Shown here piece after piece: positions 45,554 to 55,464 of a stretch of DNA of 64,000 bases (positions are counted from its first letter, which is position 1; each line of letters begins with the position of its first letter). The DNA is from a virus. Location of the stretch: positions 1 to 64,000 of the IMG/VR virus record IMGVR_UViG_3300022939_000016. One strand, 5' to 3'. The notes beneath the pieces are model-generated. The model made no database searches, was not told the origin of the DNA, and worked only from the letters and a program-made list of their open reading frames with translations. The position numbers and the translations under genes were made by a program.

Positions 45554-46664
45554 TAATAATTTCCTTTATCTTTTCGCCAACCGTTTGTAAATTAAAATTT
45601 AAAGCCTGCTTATATCCCTCTTCGTTTTTCGGTTTATTTTGTTCAAAGTAAAATCGCATAGCTTCTACTGCCATTCTTTCGTCTGGTCTCGCCCAATATT
45701 CGTTTCCTGTGAATATGTGTTCAAAGGCAGCGCCTTCGTTAGAGCAAATCTCTTGGGATCTTTCTATTAAGTATCCCGTATCTCGATTGTCTTCTAAAAT
45801 ATAATCACATGGCCCTCCCCATCTCGTGCATATGGGGTGGTTTCCATGACTCATTGCGTCGAATGATGGTATCGACCAAGCCTCTCCGTGAGAAAGATTT
45901 ACAAAACAATCGCAAAGTTGATGTAAATTTTTTATCTCATTCTCAGAAAACCTTTCCGCAATAATAATTATATCTCCATAACTATCGTGATCTTTATATA
46001 TAGCTAAATCTGTTCTTATTTTCTTGCACATTTCTTCCATGTGCATAAAAATTTGTCTTGGGTTGACTCCGAATTTTCCCACCTTTAAAATTAAACTTAC
46101 ATTTTCTTCTGGGCTAAATGCGCTATAATAACATTTGATTATGGATTCTATATTTTTTCTTTTAGTTAAATCTGATATCGCATAAAACTTGTACGAAGAC
46201 GTTGCGTTATATCTTTCAAAATTTACTTCCATTTTGTTTTCTTGTTTTATGATTTCCGTGTCGCAAGGTATTGGTACAACTTTAACATTTTTAATTCCGG
46301 CTTTTACTAAATCTGTTTTGTTTTCATTGCACGGAACCCAAACCTCATCCATTATTTCAAGATAATTAACCCAAATATTATGCTGTATATTATTAGATTC
46401 AAACATTGCATAAGCTATGTTTTTCTTAAATTTGTTAGTTCCAACAAGCATGTGTGGCAAAACGTGCTGAATGCAAATATCGATGTCTTTTTCTTCTTTT
46501 TGTTCTAGTTCTGACAGCCAATCTGGAATAGCACTATCTTTTGTGAGCGTAATATTTCTGCAAACAACTTCTATGCCAGCCTTAGTCATTGAAAGAATGA
46601 TTCTTTCTGCCGACTTGGCCCAGCCGGTTCCTTCTTTGTAATGACCTATGTATAGTACTTTCAT
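45546..46664 (-). CDS. Glycosyltransferase, GT4/GT-B family
   Basis: DEVWVP...RKNIE...CDCFVNLSHGEAWSIPSFDAMSHG..PI.T.WGG. Confidence 0.9.
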   Translation of the reverse strand: MKVLYIGHYKEGTGWAKSAERIILSMTKAGIEVVCRNITLTKDSAIPDWLSELEQKEEKDIDICIQHVLPHMLVGTNKFKKNIAYAMFESNNIQHNIWVNYLEIMDEVWVPCNENKTDLVKAGIKNVKVVPIPCDTEIIKQENKMEVNFERYNATSSYKFYAISDLTKRKNIESIIKCYYSAFSPEENVSLILKVGKFGVNPRQIFMHMEEMCKKIRTDLAIYKDHDSYGDIIIIAERFSENEIKNLHQLCDCFVNLSHGEAWSIPSFDAMSHGNHPICTRWGGPCDYILEDNRDTGYLIERSQEICSNEGAAFEHIFTGNEYWARPDERMAVEAMRFYFEQNKPKNEEGYKQALNFNLQTVGEKIKEIINE

Positions 46665-48319
46665 AAATTAAAAACCTCTGCTCTTTTTGTTTCCCATAGA
46701 TTTATGTTGTTTCTTTTGTTCACTAGTTGTTCGTGTGCGTATTTGATTGTAAATGGTTGATTTTCAATTTTTTTAGAGAGAGATACCACTGAATCATCTT
46801 CATTAAAAAATGAACCTATAATTGGAGATGTACTAAATCCATATATCAAATTATTCAAGATGTTGTCATATTCATAATTGTATTTGTCTTGTGGTTTGCA
46901 TAAAGCTTTATCAAACAGCCAATTTACCACATCTGGGTATGGGACATTGTTAAGTTCTTCTGGTATGTTACGTTCTGGTTTTTGTATATCTACTGGAGAT
47001 TTCCAAGATTTTTCCAAACTTAAAGTTTCAACTGAGTCAAAATATGATTCCCAAACCTTTCCGCTAATTTCCCACTGGAATTTTTTCAAAAAGTTTTGCC
47101 GCATTTCAAATCCTTCTTTTTTTCTCATAGCTAATGGTTTTGAGAAAAATTCAGAAAACATTTGTGCGGCAGCGTCATTGTCTGGTACTGCTCTTTCGCA
47201 TCCGGTTTCCATTTCTTTATAAAGAGACTTATAAGGTATAGCGTACCCATTTAGCTTTTTAATAACGCTAGACATGGCAGAGTAGTCAATGCTCATAACG
47301 GGAATTCCGCACGAAGCCGCCTCTACTTGTGGTAGCCCAAAGCCTTCCGAGTTTGCGTATTGAACGTATAAATCAAAACAATTCATAATTTTCGCCAAAT
47401 CTGGATAAGATAGTCCGTTCTTAACATTAGCCAGTTTAGCGGAAAATTTACCAGTAAAGGGAGATCTTGTTACCGCCCCGTGAAAATGTGAGGCAAAAAA
47501 TCTACCAGTTTCTAGGCATACATATGTAAATAAAACATATGAGTGCAGAGAATGCTCTGATAATATCTCTGGCAAATCCCATCCAGCATCTGGATAGCTT
47601 GTGTGGCAATATAGCTTATACTCATTGGGATTATTTGATGAGGATAAAAATTTTCTAAAAGCACTGAAGAGATCTGGGTAAAGCTTTCTTCTTTGATTTC
47701 TCATTACAGTCCCAATAATTTTTGTATTAGGATCAATTCCTAAACTTTCTCTTAAAGATTCTTTGTTTTCTATTGGTTTATATGAAAGGTCTGCCGAAGG
47801 AGACGCAGTTCCTATATAATTAATTTTATTTCTGGATTGCTTTTTAAGCACTTCTCCAGACCAGTCTGAATAACTGAGGCAGGCATCTGCCGCGCTGTAC
47901 ATGTTAATCCACTCTTTTGCTTGTGGGTATGCATCTACCGTTGGCATCAAAGCCCACTTAAAGAATTTCCTAAAGGGGGAATTGTGAACAAAGTCTGTCA
48001 TCCAGAAATCTCTAATATCACAAACAATGTCTGGTAAAAATTCTAGGCACACCCTTTCAAAAGCAAAGCCTCCAAACTGACTTTTTGGATTACTTTTATA
48101 TAGATTGGTTAATTCTTGGTTCGAAGGATCTGGCATGACACCAAAAAATTTCCAAGGGGCTTTTGATCTGGGGTCTTTGTCCATACCATAAGCAGCTAAT
48201 TCTGCTATTTCATATTTACCAGTACTATACAAATATTTAAGTATTTCCCTTGTGTAAGTAGCGTACCCAGTATTAAGAAAGGTAGCTTCAGAACAGAACA
48301 GTATCCTAGTTTTTCTCAT
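46661..48319 (-). CDS. Glycosyltransferase, GT4/GT-B family
   Basis: RNQRRKLYPDL...FDLYVQYANSEGFGLPQVEAASCGIPV. Confidence 0.9.
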   Translation of the reverse strand: MRKTRILFCSEATFLNTGYATYTREILKYLYSTGKYEIAELAAYGMDKDPRSKAPWKFFGVMPDPSNQELTNLYKSNPKSQFGGFAFERVCLEFLPDIVCDIRDFWMTDFVHNSPFRKFFKWALMPTVDAYPQAKEWINMYSAADACLSYSDWSGEVLKKQSRNKINYIGTASPSADLSYKPIENKESLRESLGIDPNTKIIGTVMRNQRRKLYPDLFSAFRKFLSSSNNPNEYKLYCHTSYPDAGWDLPEILSEHSLHSYVLFTYVCLETGRFFASHFHGAVTRSPFTGKFSAKLANVKNGLSYPDLAKIMNCFDLYVQYANSEGFGLPQVEAASCGIPVMSIDYSAMSSVIKKLNGYAIPYKSLYKEMETGCERAVPDNDAAAQMFSEFFSKPLAMRKKEGFEMRQNFLKKFQWEISGKVWESYFDSVETLSLEKSWKSPVDIQKPERNIPEELNNVPYPDVVNWLFDKALCKPQDKYNYEYDNILNNLIYGFSTSPIIGSFFNEDDSVVSLSKKIENQPFTIKYAHEQLVNKRNNINLWETKRAEVFNL

Positions 48320-48960
48320 TTTGTTAAAAATCCCATTCCCCTTGTATAGTTTTCATACCTCGACATAGCTATTAATTTTCCTTGACAAACACAAGCATAT
48401 TTATTACCAAGGCTTACCTCTTGTGCTAACTGTATATTCATGTTTTCTATTTGATATTGACCCATTCTTAATTCTTTTTTATTTACGACATTGCTTACGT
48501 TCTTATACATGTCTTCTGTTGTGTAATAAAAATCATGCCGTGCGGTTTCTGGCTTCATTATATCTTTAATGCACTCATAAATAATCTCGTTGTCTTTTTC
48601 CGCATAAAGCAATGCCTGAAAAATCATAGGCCCAATAGCAGATATCACACTAAAAAAATTCAAGTTTTTTATGACATATGATGAAATTGGCATTTTGTGT
48701 TCAATGTCTATATCGCAGTAGTACCCACCTCTTTTAAGAAGATAACAATATCTGAAAAAATCCCCCTTGGTACAACCTTTTTCTAGCGTATGAAAAAAAT
48801 CTACATAAGATTGATCATACTCTTTCTTAAGAAAGTTTACAACATCTTCGTCTGAAAAAAATAAAACATCCTTTTCAGGATTTAATTTTTTAATATTGCT
48901 AATTATATAGCTGGGGATTTTATTGTCTCTGTAGGTTAATATAATATTATCTGGAATCAT
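48316..48960 (-). CDS. Glycosyltransferase, GT32/OCH1-like (DxD)
   Basis: MIPDNII.TY...NPE....FSDED...KGDFFRYCYL...GGYYCDID. Confidence 0.88.
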   Translation of the reverse strand: MIPDNIILTYRDNKIPSYIISNIKKLNPEKDVLFFSDEDVVNFLKKEYDQSYVDFFHTLEKGCTKGDFFRYCYLLKRGGYYCDIDIEHKMPISSYVIKNLNFFSVISAIGPMIFQALLYAEKDNEIIYECIKDIMKPETARHDFYYTTEDMYKNVSNVVNKKELRMGQYQIENMNIQLAQEVSLGNKYACVCQGKLIAMSRYENYTRGMGFLTK

Positions 48961-49274
48961 TAATCTTCTTCTTCTTCATTACATATATCAAATTCGTTGA
49001 CCCTAAATATTAATTCGTCATCATCCTTAGATCTATGCTTTACAGAGGCGTGAATGGTTATCTTGCTTCCTTTTCTTGTATTTCTTTCTATTATTTCTGC
49101 CCCGGTGTGCCACGCTTCGCATTGTATGTATGTTGGCGTTCTGTTTTTTTCTCCCGTCTTTTTTGTTTTTCTGTAGCTATAAACAACCATTACAAATTCA
49201 GACAGTAAAACATCGCCAACAAAATTAGTCCTTGGATTTTCTACCAAATATCCAGTAAAACAACAGTGATTCAT
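48960..49274 (-). CDS. ssb: Single-stranded DNA-binding protein
   Basis: MN.C.FTG.LV..P...TYI.CEAW...AE.I....KGS.I OB fold; acidic tail EEEED. Confidence 0.85.
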   Translation of the reverse strand: MNHCCFTGYLVENPRTNFVGDVLLSEFVMVVYSYRKTKKTGEKNRTPTYIQCEAWHTGAEIIERNTRKGSKITIHASVKHRSKDDDELIFRVNEFDICNEEEED

Positions 49275-49292
49275 AATACCTCCTATCGTAGT

Positions 49293-49321
49293 ATATTAGC
49301 TGCTACACCACAAAAAAACAA
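49293..49321 (-). promoter_or_regulatory. Possible sigma70-type promoter for ssb and the glycosyltransferase run
   Basis: TTGTTT-17 bp-TAATAT on the - strand, followed by an AGGAGG RBS. Confidence 0.4.
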
Positions 49322-50887
49322 CTAAACTTCGTGAATTTTCTCAATAATAAAAGACGAGTCGTTTTTAGCAACAGACCCGCATAGAATTAAATTATTACCT
49401 TCGTATAAAATGTATTTATATTTTTGCTTTGTTTTCGGAAAAGCTATAACGCTGTCTAGTACGCAGGTGTCGTCTTCTATGGTTAAAAACGACATTATTT
49501 GCCCCTTTGAGTCTCCCTTGCTTATTTTATAATCTGACACTCGCTGTATATTAGCTACCACGCATAAGTTCTGCCCATGTTTGCCATTAATTATTTCCTT
49601 GCAAGTTGTGTTGGCGGCAGATGTATCTGAAACGTCTATTTTTGATAATGTTATTGGGCAGCCCAAAAACTTTACTTCTTGGTCAATTATCCAAGTTGGT
49701 TCATCTTCCAAGCTGTATGGTGGATTTTCTAATAAATTTACTTCATTGTTGATGATCTGTTTCCTTTCTTGTTTGCTAGTTCCTCCCCCCTCTTTCTTTG
49801 TTGGAGCTAAATCTATAAGTGCAGATGTAAAATCTTTCCACTTTTTACTTTCATAGTTGTTAGCAAGCCATTTCTTTTCTGCTTGAGTCAAAACCCTGTA
49901 TATTTCGTAATCGTATAGAGCCTTATTCCTCGTGACCTTGCCGTTAAAGTCTCTAAAGAAACCTATAGATGCCAGAGCCTTAAAGGCAGTAGAATTAATA
50001 CGAGGAGAGAAAAACAATAGCAATTCCACCCATGAAAACTTTGTTATTTTTTTATCCAATTCTAATTCTGATTCTAATATTGACCTTAGTACAGAATCTC
50101 CAGTTTTTCCTGTTAGAGATTTGATATCCTTAATACCAAAATATATTTTATGTTTTTTTGCATTAAACTTTTCTTGATAATTAGCAATGCTAGGCGTTTT
50201 GGTATGAATTTCAAAAAGCTTTGCTTCTGAAACTAATTCATATATCTCCTGATGCGGATCTTGCTTCTCGTTAGCGTAATATAAGTAAGATAGAAAGAAT
50301 TCTTCTGGATTGTGGGCCTTTTGATACGCACTCCAATATGAACATACGGCGTATGATATACTGTGAGACTTGTTAAAGGCGTAACGTGACGATGCCTGAA
50401 TCCATCCAAAGATTTGTTCTGCCTCTTCCTTAGTTACAATCTTGGCCTTCTTAGCTCCAGCTATGAACTTTTTCTTAACCTTAGCCATTAGGTCAGCCTT
50501 TTTCTTTCCGATGGCTTTACGAAGCTCGTCAGCTTCTTGTAGATCGAATCCAGCGATCTTTTGGGCGATACGCATGGACTGCTCCTGATAAACCAGAACG
50601 CCATATGTTGGTGCTAGGATTTCCTCTAACGCTTCATGCAAGTATGTTACTTCTTCACGGCCATGCTTACGGTCAATGAAGTGCTGTGTCATAGACTTAC
50701 CATCAACATAAGCCTTGAGGCATCCCGGCCTAATAATTGCAATAAGTGCGGACAGTTCTTCGATATTACTTGGAGCAAGTTTCTTTGACCACGATTTACC
50801 AAGGTTGCTTTCTAGCTGAAAGACACCTTTAGTTTTACCGTCTGCAAATAGTTGCCAAGTTTTCTTGTCATTATATTCCATTGTCAT
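49322..50887 (-). CDS. dnaE: DNA polymerase III alpha subunit, C-terminal part (fingers, HhH, OB)
   Basis: GVFQLES...IRPG...TYGVLVYQEQ.M...ADELRKAIGKKK...YAFNKSH; OB fold with MSFLTIED. Confidence 0.93.
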   Translation of the reverse strand: MTMEYNDKKTWQLFADGKTKGVFQLESNLGKSWSKKLAPSNIEELSALIAIIRPGCLKAYVDGKSMTQHFIDRKHGREEVTYLHEALEEILAPTYGVLVYQEQSMRIAQKIAGFDLQEADELRKAIGKKKADLMAKVKKKFIAGAKKAKIVTKEEAEQIFGWIQASSRYAFNKSHSISYAVCSYWSAYQKAHNPEEFFLSYLYYANEKQDPHQEIYELVSEAKLFEIHTKTPSIANYQEKFNAKKHKIYFGIKDIKSLTGKTGDSVLRSILESELELDKKITKFSWVELLLFFSPRINSTAFKALASIGFFRDFNGKVTRNKALYDYEIYRVLTQAEKKWLANNYESKKWKDFTSALIDLAPTKKEGGGTSKQERKQIINNEVNLLENPPYSLEDEPTWIIDQEVKFLGCPITLSKIDVSDTSAANTTCKEIINGKHGQNLCVVANIQRVSDYKISKGDSKGQIMSFLTIEDDTCVLDSVIAFPKTKQKYKYILYEGNNLILCGSVAKNDSSFIIEKIHEV

Positions 50888-51407
50888 ATTCTTGATTCTT
50901 AGTTAAACATAACTCTTCAAACGTTTTACATCTAAATTCTTCAAATTTAGGTATAGTATCTTCTTCTGTCTTGTAACCGTAGTTTATCGAACCCTGTTTG
51001 TTTGTAGGGTGTATGCTTACCATTTTAATCCAATTTTTTTTAGGCAATGCGTAATACATTACATTTTGTTTTATGGAGTTGTATACAACTACTCTTAGAG
51101 TTCCATGTTTTTCTTTTCCCCCATGTGAAACAACTCTATCGACCAATCCTCTTTTCCTGTTATTTATAGTAGAAGATTTACAATCGCTTCCGTCGCTAAA
51201 GTCCATGTGGTGACAATCTATTCTCTCGTACCCACCAACGTATGACATCGCCTCTTCTAATAGTAGAGAAACATCAAACCATTCTGGATTAATTTTTTCG
51301 ATGTTAACAGCTTCTGCAAAAGTTGGATGATAAGGTATAATTACTTCCTTTATCAATATTTGCTTTTTTGTTTGTGTCAACGCGCTATTTAATGTAGAGA
51401 TTTCCAT
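50871..51407 (-). CDS. Hypothetical protein, possible PD-(D/E)xK nuclease
   Basis: LLEEA...DFSDGSDCK pattern; start uncertain (ATG 51407 or TTG 51380). Confidence 0.5.
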   Translation of the reverse strand: MEISTLNSALTQTKKQILIKEVIIPYHPTFAEAVNIEKINPEWFDVSLLLEEAMSYVGGYERIDCHHMDFSDGSDCKSSTINNRKRGLVDRVVSHGGKEKHGTLRVVVYNSIKQNVMYYALPKKNWIKMVSIHPTNKQGSINYGYKTEEDTIPKFEEFRCKTFEELCLTKNQEYDNGI

Positions 51408-52065
51408 CTGCAAACGCCCTTTCAAATTCGATGTTTTGGTAAACTGCTCTATGTGTTTTCAGCAGCTTTATGAATATGTTAGCGGTGTCTTTAACGTCCT
51501 GTAAGGCATCGTGAGCATTTTCCGAAGATAAGCCCATGCGCTCACGTAAAGAATCCATACTAATTGATTTAACGCTAGGATCACTCTCAGTCCACAAGAA
51601 AACATTATCCATAAGATCCACTTTATATACTTTGCTAAACAGTTTTTGCTGCAATCTTCCATCGTCCCAAGGTCCATATTGCCTGCATAATCGATTGATA
51701 ATTACCATATCAAAACCAATGATATTATAGCCCACGGGAATTGGGGCGAAGAAAGGTTCACCCTTCCAGTTGTATTGATCAACAAATTTTGTAAACTTAT
51801 TCCAAACAGACTTTAAAGCAGGTGCTTTAGATAACCCCTCTCTGGTTTTACCAGTGACCTTTAAGGCTCCTTCTTCAATTGGATCTATTCCGGCAGCAAT
51901 TGCTTCGTCATCATCAAGAATTGGTTTAATTTCACTATTAAAAGTTCCCTTAAGCGTTAGGCTTCTTCCATCAAGAGCCACTGCGGCTATCTGTGTAGGC
52001 TGTGTTTTGTTAGGATTGCGAGATCCTGTTTCAAAGTCAAATACAATATAATCCCTATTAGCCAT
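51385..52065 (-). CDS. dnaQ: DEDDh 3'-5' exonuclease (DnaQ/epsilon-like)
   Basis: VFDFETG (ExoI), GYNIIGFD (ExoII), AHDALQD (ExoIII). Confidence 0.9.
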   Translation of the reverse strand: MANRDYIVFDFETGSRNPNKTQPTQIAAVALDGRSLTLKGTFNSEIKPILDDDEAIAAGIDPIEEGALKVTGKTREGLSKAPALKSVWNKFTKFVDQYNWKGEPFFAPIPVGYNIIGFDMVIINRLCRQYGPWDDGRLQQKLFSKVYKVDLMDNVFLWTESDPSVKSISMDSLRERMGLSSENAHDALQDVKDTANIFIKLLKTHRAVYQNIEFERAFADGNLYIK

Positions 52066-53617
52066 TTTTTATCTCCTGTATTTTCATTAGTTTATCTAGG
52101 AGATTAATTCCTAGAACATCAAACTTTACATGACCTAGAGCTTCTAAGTCAGACATTTCCAATCCTGCGATCTTTTCTGACGATCCTTTCTGTTTAACCA
52201 TTGGACACACTTGGTGTAGAGGATCTTTTGATATGACAACGCCAGCGGCATGTTTGCCTTGAGTCTTAAAAGTCCCCTCAATGTCTATGGCCTGCTGGAA
52301 ATATTGGGCATAATCACCTTCTAGTTTTCCATTTTCCAGAATGTGACAAAAATCCCTCAACTCATCAGCACGATTCAATAATGACCAACGAATAATAGAT
52401 CTATCTTCATCATCCATATCTGCAAGTTGGTCAGAAATATCTGCTTCGTTTGGTATACTCTTTGTTATAGCGTTCATCTCGCCAAAAGAACAAGCGTCAT
52501 TTATGCGCAGCACTTCTTTTATTGCGCTTCGCCCTTGCAGTCTACCAAACGTAATCATTTGACTTACATGATCCTTGCCGTATTTACCCTTGAGATAATC
52601 TATAACATCATCACGCCTCTTTCCCGGAACGTCCATGTCAATATCTGGTAGAGATACGTGACCATCAGTGTTTCGTCCAGCATTGTAAAATCTTTCAAAC
52701 AGTAAGTCGTATTCCACTGGGTCAATTTTTGTAATTCCAATTAAATATGATATCAAGCATCCAGCTGCCGATCCTCGTCCCGGACCAGCCAAGCATCCCA
52801 TATCATGCTCTACGTGCCTGATAATATCCTGCACGATGAGGAAGTAGCCAAATAGATTTGCATCTTTAATGACTTGTAGTTCTGAATTAAATCTATCTAG
52901 ATATTTCTGCTTATCTTCTGGCTTCTTTACTTTACCAGTGTCAATAAGATGACGTTTCCAGCCTTCTCTGGCAAGCACCTTGAGGTAATCTTCTTCAGAT
53001 AATCCTTCTGGACAATCGAACTTGGGAAGCATGGGAGGACTGAGAATATCATAGTCTTCACATACTTCATAGATATGCTGCAACTCCTTTGTTACTGCAA
53101 CGGGTTGTATACACTTGTCATCGTGCGTAAAGTATTGCGATACCGCTTTGTCCAGTTCGTTCTTGCGAAGCTGTTTTTGTATTTTAGGCAACGTGGTCTT
53201 TAGTGCTGAACATAATAATACTCTATGTAAACCAGCCTGTTTAGAATCAACATAATAGCTTGGTTGAATATTTTTACTTATAGATATGAGATTGTCCCTT
53301 GACATAATCTCTTGACAGAATTTTATATTAACATTTCCATCTTCGTCTAAAGATGATACCATTTCTATTAAGTCAAACCATCCATCTTTATTTCTCGCAA
53401 AGACTGCATTATTGTCAAAGGAGCAGCCAAGGATTGGCTTAACACCAACCTTCTTGCAAGCCTGAAAAAACGAAACACAACCAGAAATAGATTTGTAATC
53501 TGCAATACCACATGCTGGATAATCATTATCAGCACAAATCTTGGCAAGTTCAGTTGGTTTTGAGAATCCTTTTAGCAAACTGTAATGTGTAAAATTACGC
53601 AATGGAAACCAATTCAT
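52058..53617 (-). CDS. dnaE: DNA polymerase III alpha subunit, N-terminal part (reduced PHP, palm, thumb)
   Basis: THYSLL...GPGRGSAAG...LLFERF...LPDIDMD...HAAGVVI...VKFDVLG. Confidence 0.93.
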   Translation of the reverse strand: MNWFPLRNFTHYSLLKGFSKPTELAKICADNDYPACGIADYKSISGCVSFFQACKKVGVKPILGCSFDNNAVFARNKDGWFDLIEMVSSLDEDGNVNIKFCQEIMSRDNLISISKNIQPSYYVDSKQAGLHRVLLCSALKTTLPKIQKQLRKNELDKAVSQYFTHDDKCIQPVAVTKELQHIYEVCEDYDILSPPMLPKFDCPEGLSEEDYLKVLAREGWKRHLIDTGKVKKPEDKQKYLDRFNSELQVIKDANLFGYFLIVQDIIRHVEHDMGCLAGPGRGSAAGCLISYLIGITKIDPVEYDLLFERFYNAGRNTDGHVSLPDIDMDVPGKRRDDVIDYLKGKYGKDHVSQMITFGRLQGRSAIKEVLRINDACSFGEMNAITKSIPNEADISDQLADMDDEDRSIIRWSLLNRADELRDFCHILENGKLEGDYAQYFQQAIDIEGTFKTQGKHAAGVVISKDPLHQVCPMVKQKGSSEKIAGLEMSDLEALGHVKFDVLGINLLDKLMKIQEIKNG

Positions 53618-53656
53618 TCAATATCCTTATTTCAAAGTAAGTCCTGTCAACAATTT

Positions 53657-53685
53657 ATTATAGCAATCGAACCATTTTTTTGCAA
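53657..53685 (-). promoter_or_regulatory. Near-consensus sigma70 promoter upstream of dnaE-N
   Basis: On the - strand: TTGCAA (53685-53680), 17-bp spacer ending TGC, then TATAAT (53662-53657), i.e. an extended -10. Confidence 0.75.
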
Positions 53686-53688
53686 ATT

Positions 53689-54351
53689 TTAAACCCACCA
53701 ATCCAAAATCATTTCTGGCAAAGTGTGTGTGTTTGGAAAATCAAGCCCATCAACTGGGAAAGCAGATGTTTCTTTTTCTGGCTCTTCTGAAAATAGGTTT
53801 TTGTTTACATATGTACACTCTAAAACTTGAGGAATGCCTTCTTCGGTTAGCTTCTTGTGGTTATTTCCGTGCATGTGTATCAAGTAAAAGTATTTATTTA
53901 TTTTGTCAAAGATTTCTTTTATGTTTTTATTTTTCGTAACATGTGGATAAAAATGAAATTCTATAATCATTTGCCAAACGTTAGAGAAAAATCCTTCATA
54001 AGAAGATAAGCAATCGAATTCTGACCCTTCTATGTCCATCTGAATTACTGTTGGTAGTTTATGTTCTATAACGTTCTCTAGATTGTCTACCCTTTCCTTA
54101 ATGAAGAAAACGTTTTCTTCTTTAGATGCCAGATCGCAAGATCCTTGAAGGTCATAAATTTTACATTCAAAGTTTTTTCGTTTATTGTGTTTTAAAAAAT
54201 CTTCTTCAAAGCCGGTTTGATTGCTACATCCCAGCGACAACAATCTTTCAACCTGAATTAAATTTCCGGCTACTACATAACCACCATCTCTGTTTGGCCC
54301 CAGTCTTATTTTGTTTCTATATGCGTATGGAATTAGCAATTTTTTTAACAC
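53689..54351 (-). CDS. FkbM/METTL24-like methyltransferase
   Basis: RLGPNRDGGYVV...SLG......FE...QMDIEGSEF...QMIIEFH...HMHGNN...VLECTYVNK. Confidence 0.8.
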   Translation of the reverse strand: MLKKLLIPYAYRNKIRLGPNRDGGYVVAGNLIQVERLLSLGCSNQTGFEEDFLKHNKRKNFECKIYDLQGSCDLASKEENVFFIKERVDNLENVIEHKLPTVIQMDIEGSEFDCLSSYEGFFSNVWQMIIEFHFYPHVTKNKNIKEIFDKINKYFYLIHMHGNNHKKLTEEGIPQVLECTYVNKNLFSEEPEKETSAFPVDGLDFPNTHTLPEMILDWWV

Positions 54352-54360
54352 AAACTATCC

Positions 54361-54603
54361 TTATTGTTGAAGTGAATTTTTAGAATTTTTAATTTCTTCT
54401 TCATGATCAACAAAATCAATTTCCAACTTATGCACCAGCTTGCTGCCAGCATGTCTGTAAAAACATGGCAAGATTCCATGTATGCATAAATAAATTCCGG
54501 CCCTAATACATCCAAGGCCGTGGCCAACCGCAAACACAAAGTGTTCACAGTAGGTCATGTTATTTTTAGAAAGATGTTCTTTCCATTTTTTTGTTAGAGT
54601 CAT
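54361..54603 (-). CDS. Small conserved membrane-associated protein (DUF6356-like)
   Basis: HL....MTY.EH..FA...G......G....IHG.LP.F motif. Confidence 0.65.
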   Translation of the reverse strand: MTLTKKWKEHLSKNNMTYCEHFVFAVGHGLGCIRAGIYLCIHGILPCFYRHAGSKLVHKLEIDFVDHEEEIKNSKNSLQQ

Positions 54604-54606
54604 ATA

Positions 54607-55464
54607 TCACCAAGCACGACACGACCAATAACGAGCTTTCCATTTTGGACCCGGATTATCACAGTTATGTCTAGCCCTGAAGCTTTTTCTTCTCTTTGGA
54701 TTGTCCTTCTTAATTTCCATATTAGGATCGCCAAAGTTGACTTTAACTACGTTACCCTTGTCGTTCTTGACATATACGCTCATTTTCTTGGGACCATCTG
54801 GAGTTCTAAAAGGCTTATTTAGCTTTACCTTGCGACCTTGATATTCTACAGCATAAGATTCTTCTTTTTCAGTTTCTCTAACGTCTGTATATTTCATGTA
54901 ATCGTATGCTGACGCGACATGGGCTTCGGCTTTAGAGATATTATCTTGAACCCAAGCTTCAATTTCCATGTCTTCTGTCATCATGTTGTAAAGCTCCATA
55001 GCTTGCGATGCAATCTTTTTCAATTGAGCCTTAGACATTCCTCCCTCTCCACCTTCTCCAGACTGGGCTTTTTTCCAAGCTTCTGGATCTGGCCTGTCTT
55101 TGTCACCTCTTTTGGCTGGCTTATAGTTTTTTCCTTCACGTTCTTTCTTTTTGCGAATATTTTCCCAAAGACCGGGACGATCAGCTGCCACATCCCATTC
55201 TACCACATCTTCACCAAAGTCAACATATTCTGCGTCAGGGGGAGCATAAAAATTATTTTCTGTAATTTCTTCTTCGTATCCATATTCATTGAAGTAAAGC
55301 TCAAAGTCTGCCTGAGCAACCGTGCTTAAATCTTCCGACGCTTTGCTCAAGCATATAGAAGTTCTTTGTTTTGGTGCATATTCTTTTTTCATCGTTTCGT
55401 CGCTCATGCACCTAGACAAAAACTCTGTCCTTTCTTCGCCATTTTTTTTATTTGGAATTGGCAT
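54607..55464 (-). CDS. Modular phage protein with C-terminal RRKSFRARH-C...RYWSC domain
   Basis: Concatenated short modules: PIP...FLSRCM; acidic stretch; PGLWENIRKK; QL..I...EAWVQ; KVNFGD...RRKSFRARHNC...ARYWSCRAW. Confidence 0.65.
   Translation of the reverse strand: MPIPNKKNGEERTEFLSRCMSDETMKKEYAPKQRTSICLSKASEDLSTVAQADFELYFNEYGYEEEITENNFYAPPDAEYVDFGEDVVEWDVAADRPGLWENIRKKKEREGKNYKPAKRGDKDRPDPEAWKKAQSGEGGEGGMSKAQLKKIASQAMELYNMMTEDMEIEAWVQDNISKAEAHVASAYDYMKYTDVRETEKEESYAVEYQGRKVKLNKPFRTPDGPKKMSVYVKNDKGNVVKVNFGDPNMEIKKDNPKRRKSFRARHNCDNPGPKWKARYWSCRAW

Noticed and set aside
51375-51380. TTGACA on the - strand as a -35 box
   Set aside because: No credible -10 at 16-18 bp; it coincides with a possible TTG start codon.
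50871-52065. Split intein or group I intron joining the dnaE halves
   Set aside because: No intein terminal residues at either break, and the gap is fully occupied by overlapping ORFs with no room for a ribozyme core.
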